Under the pieces are notes generated by a model. The model made no database searches. It saw only the letters and a program-made list of their open reading frames with translations, and was not told the DNA's origin. The position numbers and the translations under genes were made by a program. Shown here piece by piece: positions 59,341-64,000 of a DNA stretch of 64,000 nt. The stretch comes from Camelus ferus (taxonomy: Eukaryota), in the NCBI RefSeq assembly GCF_009834535.1, contig NC_045705.1:55056001-55120000 (forward strand), given 5' to 3'. Each line of letters starts with the position of its first letter. Positions within the stretch are counted from its first letter, which is position 1.

Positions 59341-59639
59341 GTGAGTCTGGGGCCTCGTGGTGGAGGGCGGTGCCAGGCTGAGCGGGGGTCGGCAAAGGCG
59401 GGGGCAGCGCTCAGGGACCCCGGGACACGGGCGCAGGGATGGCGGCCGGCGAGGGGGTGTGGGCCGCGGGGCTCACCGAGGCCCGAGGGTCCCGTAGGGA
59501 GGAGCCCTCCGCTCGGCTGCAGCAAGTGGCGCCCCCGAGGGGCTCGCGCCCGGCCCAAGATGGCGCCCCTCCCCCACCCCCTGGTCCGCGCGCGCCTCCG
59601 CGGCTCCGGGCGCGGTCCCGCGGCCCGCGCGCTCCTGGG

Positions 59640-59731
59640 CGGGGGATGTTGTGATGGAGAAGCCACCGCGGAGCCCGAGCCCCGCAGCCTGAGCCACCTC
59701 CGCTACCTGGGCCTGGGGCCTCCCCTCACAG
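59640..59731 (+). other. APBB1: APBB1 non-coding first exon
   Basis: GATGTTGTGATGGAGAAGCC...GCAGCCTGAGCCACCTCCG resembles the APBB1 5' UTR as recalled; donor CAG/GTAGGA at 59731/59732. Coding exons lie beyond the window. Confidence 0.72.
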
Positions 59732-60339
59732 GTAGGAGCTGCCCCTGTCGGGGCCCAGCCCGGGCGGTCGGATCCGGACCCCCAGCGGCGGGCGGACTCT
59801 GCAGCAGCCCTGATCCCCCGGCCAGGCCCTATCCCTCGGGCGGCCCTCCCACCGCGTATTCTGACCGCCCTTCTGTCACCCCACCCCAGCCCACCCCACC
59901 CCTTGTAGACTCCACTTCGGTCCTCACACCGTCCCCTCCCCGACCTTTACCTCCTGCCCCTCCGGGATGAATAGGGAACGAAAATAGGGGATGGAAAGCA
60001 GGGGCTTTAGGAGGTGGGGGATGGGAGCTAGGGGATGGGGGAGGGGAGGCCAAGGCCTGGGAAGGGGACGTGGGGTGAGGTAGGCAGAGAGATCACACGG
60101 ATTCCTGCAGGGCCCTAGGCCTGGAATCTGACAAGCCGCATTCTGTTGCCCTCCGCGACCGAGGGGTGTGCCCTGGGGCCGGCGGTGTCCCCAGCTCAGC
60201 CCGGAGGCCTAGCACTCGCAGGAGCGCTCATTTAGAGCCGTTTTCCCACCGCCGGTTCAGAAGGTATCCCCAACCTATTTTGAATCTGCCTGTGGATTTC
60301 TTGCTTTCCCAGCCCCTCCAGCAAAGTCCTAGCTCTCTC

Positions 60340-62700
60340 CACTCCTTAAAGCCTCGTCTACACTTGCTGTCTTTTATTTCCTCATTTCCTATTCATTCTT
60401 AAAACGACTTCACTCGATCTTCTGCCTCTGGCACCCACGAAACTGCTCAAGCCAAGGTCACCATAGACCAACTCCAATGGACACTTCCCTGTTAGCCCCT
60501 TTACATTTCCGTACTATCAGTGGTGTATGTCAACCCTCCTTGAAACGTTCTCCTGGCTTCTCTCCTGCAGCACTGTCTGCGCCTTCTCAGTCTGATTTGC
60601 GACCTCCTTCCCCACCCTTTAGATGGTGGGAGGCTCTTGATTCTTTCCTGGCTATCTTCCCTCATTCTGCACTTCCTCCTCATATTTTAATCACCCTCAA
60701 GTCTTCAGGTTTCACATATATATGGTTACCAGATTTAAATATCTCGCCCAGATCTCTTTCCTGAACTCCAGACTCAGTATCCACCTGGTCTCATGATAGC
60801 CCCTTGGAAGTCCAGCAGGACTTCAACGCTTCCAGACCCCAAGCTGTGTGACCCTCCCTATGCTCCCTCTCTGCCATTCTTCCAAACCTGTTCCTCCTTC
60901 AGCTCTCAGAAATGGCTACTGTTTAATCATTTACCAGAGCTGGAGTCCTGGACAGCATTCTAGATTAACTTCTCTCTTCCACCCTCCACATCTATATCAC
61001 CAAGTTCTTTCGCACCCACTACCCAAGTATTTTTCAAATCCATTCATTTCACTCCATCCCACCGACTGCTGCCAAACATAATCTAGACCACACACCCCCT
61101 TTTTCCCTTGACTGCTCTGATAGCATACCCTCTTATCTACCCCCCATTAATACTTTAACATAGTATTTTCCTTAAAAAAAAGCACATCTATCTCATCATT
61201 TATTCATTCAACATATGCTTTGAGCACCTAATATATACCAGGTATTGTTAGGCACTGAAGATTTAATTATGAGCAAAAGAGACTTGGTCCTTGTCCCCTG
61301 GAGCTGACAGTCTACGGGGGAAATCAGATAAGAATAAAATTACAAATGTAGTAAGTACTACGAAGGGAAAGATGGATGGTGCTTTAAGAACACATAAGAG
61401 CACTAGCTAAACTGGTCTGGAGGTAGGGAGATAGGTCAAGGAAGGCTCCTCTGAGAACATGACATTTTGAACTAAGAGGTGAAGGATGAAGAGGAGTTAG
61501 GCTGAGAGGGTAGGGGAAAGAGGTTCTAGGCAGAAGGGGAGTCATGTGCAAAAACACCTTGTGGAAGGAGAGAGCATGATATCTTCGAATCAAAAGAAGG
61601 CCAGTGAGGCTGGATAGCAGAGTGTAAAGCTGGAGAGGAAGGTACAGGCCAGACTATTTAGGCCATGTTAAGAATTTTGATCTTAAGGTCCTTGTCCTTG
61701 GTGTGGACTGTTGACAGTAGTGGACATGGAGAGTAAATCAAATCCAGAATTGAATGTAGGGAGTGAGAGAAAAGATAGTTTCAGGAATGGTACCTCTACT
61801 TCTGGTTTACACACCAGGATGGGTGGTCATGTCACCCCATGAGCCAGGATCCTGAAAGGGGACCAGTTAGGCTGTGGGAGAGAGAACCATGAATGGGGAT
61901 ATTGGTTTGAGAGGCCTTTGTGACATCCAAGTGGAGATATTGAGTAGACAGTTGAATGTATATGTCTGGAGCTCAAATGAGGGGTCTGAAATGGAGGTGT
62001 ACTTTTGGAAATCATCAGTGTATAGGTGGTAACTGAAGCCAGGGGCATGAGAAAGAGAAAAGGGTGTAAGAACAAACCGTGAGAAACTCCAACATGTAAT
62101 GGCTGGCGGAGGAAAATGAGCCAGCAGAGGAGTGTAAGAAACCACCAGACAGTAACTAGAAAGTAGGAAGAAACCAGGAGATGTGGTGTGTGGAAGCCCA
62201 TGAGAGGCCCATGGTGTCAGATGCTGCTGGGACTACAACCAAGATGAGGACTCCAAGGGTCTGTTGGATTAAATGACACAGAGGTCACGGTGACCTCGGT
62301 AGGAGCTATTACTGAGGTTTATTGGGCGTGGAAGCAGGAAAGAGTTGAGGAGTGAGAGCCAGGTGGGGAAATGGCAACAGTGAGTGAAGAAAACATTTCA
62401 AGGATTTTGCATGTTAGGGGAGCAAAGAGATCGAGCAGCAAGTGGCACTGGAGGAGAGTCTGGTCAAGAAAGAGTCTGTATTTAAGCTGGAGATAGTGGA
62501 TCCCAGAGGAGAAATTGATTAGATAAAAGAGAAAATGGATAAACAGTGGCATAAAATTTCTGGAAGGAGGCATGAAAGGAAGGATTTAAATGACAGGTGA
62601 AGTAGTTGGTTTTAGGAAGACGTAGAGAAAAGGATAGATACCGAGTCAGTAAGTGTGTGTGTTTGAGAACTTTCCTGGGCTGATGGCTTCCATTCCCTCT
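60340..62700. mobile_element. L2 fragments in APBB1 intron 1 (approx. 60340-61170 plus, 61190-62700 minus)
   Basis: L2 ORF2 and 3' motifs in both orientations; boundaries approximate. Confidence 0.55.
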
Positions 62701-63398
62701 GTGAATTAGGAGTGGGGCTCATCCTCTGGGAAGGAGGGGTGGTGAAGCTAGTGTTCCAAGGAGATTTGTGTTCTCGTCTCAGCTTGAAGGTCACATCCTC
62801 AGGCAGGTCTTCGCCGATGTCTTGGCTAAAGTAAGGCTTGGGCTCCTGTAGTGCCCTGTTCTTTCCCATCATAATACTCAATCATTTATTCAACAAATAG
62901 GAAGTGCTTAGAGTTACTAAAAGTGCTTAGAGTGCTAGATCCTTGCATTACACCGCATGGCAACAAGTTGTTCAATGACTATTTCCCCACTAGACTGTGA
63001 GCTCCGTGGGGAGGAGCCATTTCTTTATTATTCATCACTCTCCCCACCCCCCAGTGGGGGTGCCTGGCATATAGTAAGCAATCAGTTTAGAAGACCACTG
63101 ACCCTGAGCAGGTCTCATCACCTGCCTCTGTGGTCTCATACCAGCCCCGTTAGGCTTAGTGGCCACTCTTTTAATTCCTCCCATGAGAGCCCCACCCAGT
63201 TCCCTGACTTAAGTCAGAATCCATGTGGCTCTTTCCATCCTTTGAGAGGCTCCAGGGCTGGGTAACCCCAGTGAGAGGGGAGAGGTTAGGTTGTGCCCCT
63301 TCTTGAAGATACTGGGAAGCTGGTCATACTTTGACCTCAAAAGGTGACCACTCTGGCTTGGGCTAGGTGCTCAGGCTTCAGTGCTCACTCCCGACAGA

Positions 63399-63496
63399 GC
63401 TTCTTTTTCCTCCCCTAGTGCTTTCTGCCTCGGTGACCAGATGGGCAGCTTCCTTTTCCTCCCCTAGTGCTTTCTGTCTCCTTGACCAGATGGGCA
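63399..63496. repeat. 49-bp tandem duplication (2 copies, 45/49 identical)
   Basis: Units 63399-63447 and 63448-63496. Confidence 0.9.
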
Positions 63497-64000
63497 GGGG
63501 TGCCCTGAAGTCACCCTGGCTTTACTCTATCCCAGCCTCACAGTGCCTGTGCCCTTCCCAGACCACACGTCCAAGTGCAAAGGAGGTTGGTCCCAGCCTG
63601 AGCGCTGAGAAACCTGGCTCCATCCACTCCTGCTTCAGAGAAGGCCCATCATCCCTATGCTGCTCTGAGCATGGCAGAGTCACAGGAACTCATGGAGATG
63701 CCATGCAAAGGAACAGCTTTTGAGCCAGAATGTCGGTTTAAGCTAACCCCTTCCCTCCCTTTTTCCTAGATCTCAGCCCTCACCTGTGTAGGGCCACATC
63801 CTAGTCCCTTCTCAGGGACCCTCCCTGACACTCCCGTTGCCATCCCCAGCCCATGGGGCCACACACACCTGTCTCAGGGTCTCTTCCCAACTAGTTCCAA
63901 GCTTCCTAGTTCCTAGTTCCTCTCACCGCTCCCTCCTGACCAGGGGCCCACTCTGTGCAGATGCACAGTGCACTCTTTTTGGTAATGGGAGTGTGAAGTT

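Larger units (their letters stand above)
59160..60260. promoter_or_regulatory. APBB1 (FE65) CpG-island promoter
   Basis: CpG-dense; CRE-like GGACGTCA 59191-59198; YY1-like CAAGATGGCG 59556-59565; position matches the conserved HPX-APBB1 gene order. Confidence 0.8.

Noticed and set aside
59174-60053. ORFs up to 255 aa in the APBB1 CpG island
   Set aside because: GC-rich artefacts; APBB1 coding exons are outside the window.
1-64000. CRISPR arrays, operons or another novel multi-gene system
   Set aside because: This is spliced mammalian DNA with a known conserved gene order; no spacer-repeat array or unexplained coding cluster was seen.

Overview
Mammalian genomic DNA containing the conserved TIMM10B-ARFIP2-TRIM3-HPX-APBB1 gene cluster (orthologous to human 11p15.4, here in reverse orientation). 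It is most likely from a camelid: three Vic-1-like tRNA-derived SINEs are present, and I saw no ruminant Bov-tA/BovB, pig PRE1 or Alu elements. Contents: complete TIMM10B (minus strand, 103 aa), head-to-head with ARFIP2 (plus, 341 aa expected, partly hidden by N runs); TRIM3 (plus, 744 aa expected, two exons partly hidden); complete hemopexin HPX (plus, 455 aa, fully readable); and the CpG island with non-coding first exons of APBB1. Introns and intergenic DNA are dominated by old L2 and MIR elements, plus MLT2, MER21, MLT1, Tigger1 and short L1 3' ends. I found no evidence of a new multi-gene system. The best second-look signals are cis-regulatory or structural: a regularly spaced array of four NF-Y-type CCAAT boxes in the ARFIP2 3' UTR, a duplicated ETS-CRE element in the bidirectional promoter, a strong CTCF motif between TRIM3 and HPX, an HPX exon-6 acceptor with no polypyrimidine tract, tandem uORFs in an APBB1 leader exon, a 49-bp duplication of an acceptor-like sequence in APBB1 intron 1, lineage-specific HPX protein changes, and length-preserving N runs sitting on conserved exons. 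Gene and repeat names come from recalled sequence knowledge, splice-site reading and reading-frame arithmetic; no database search was run.
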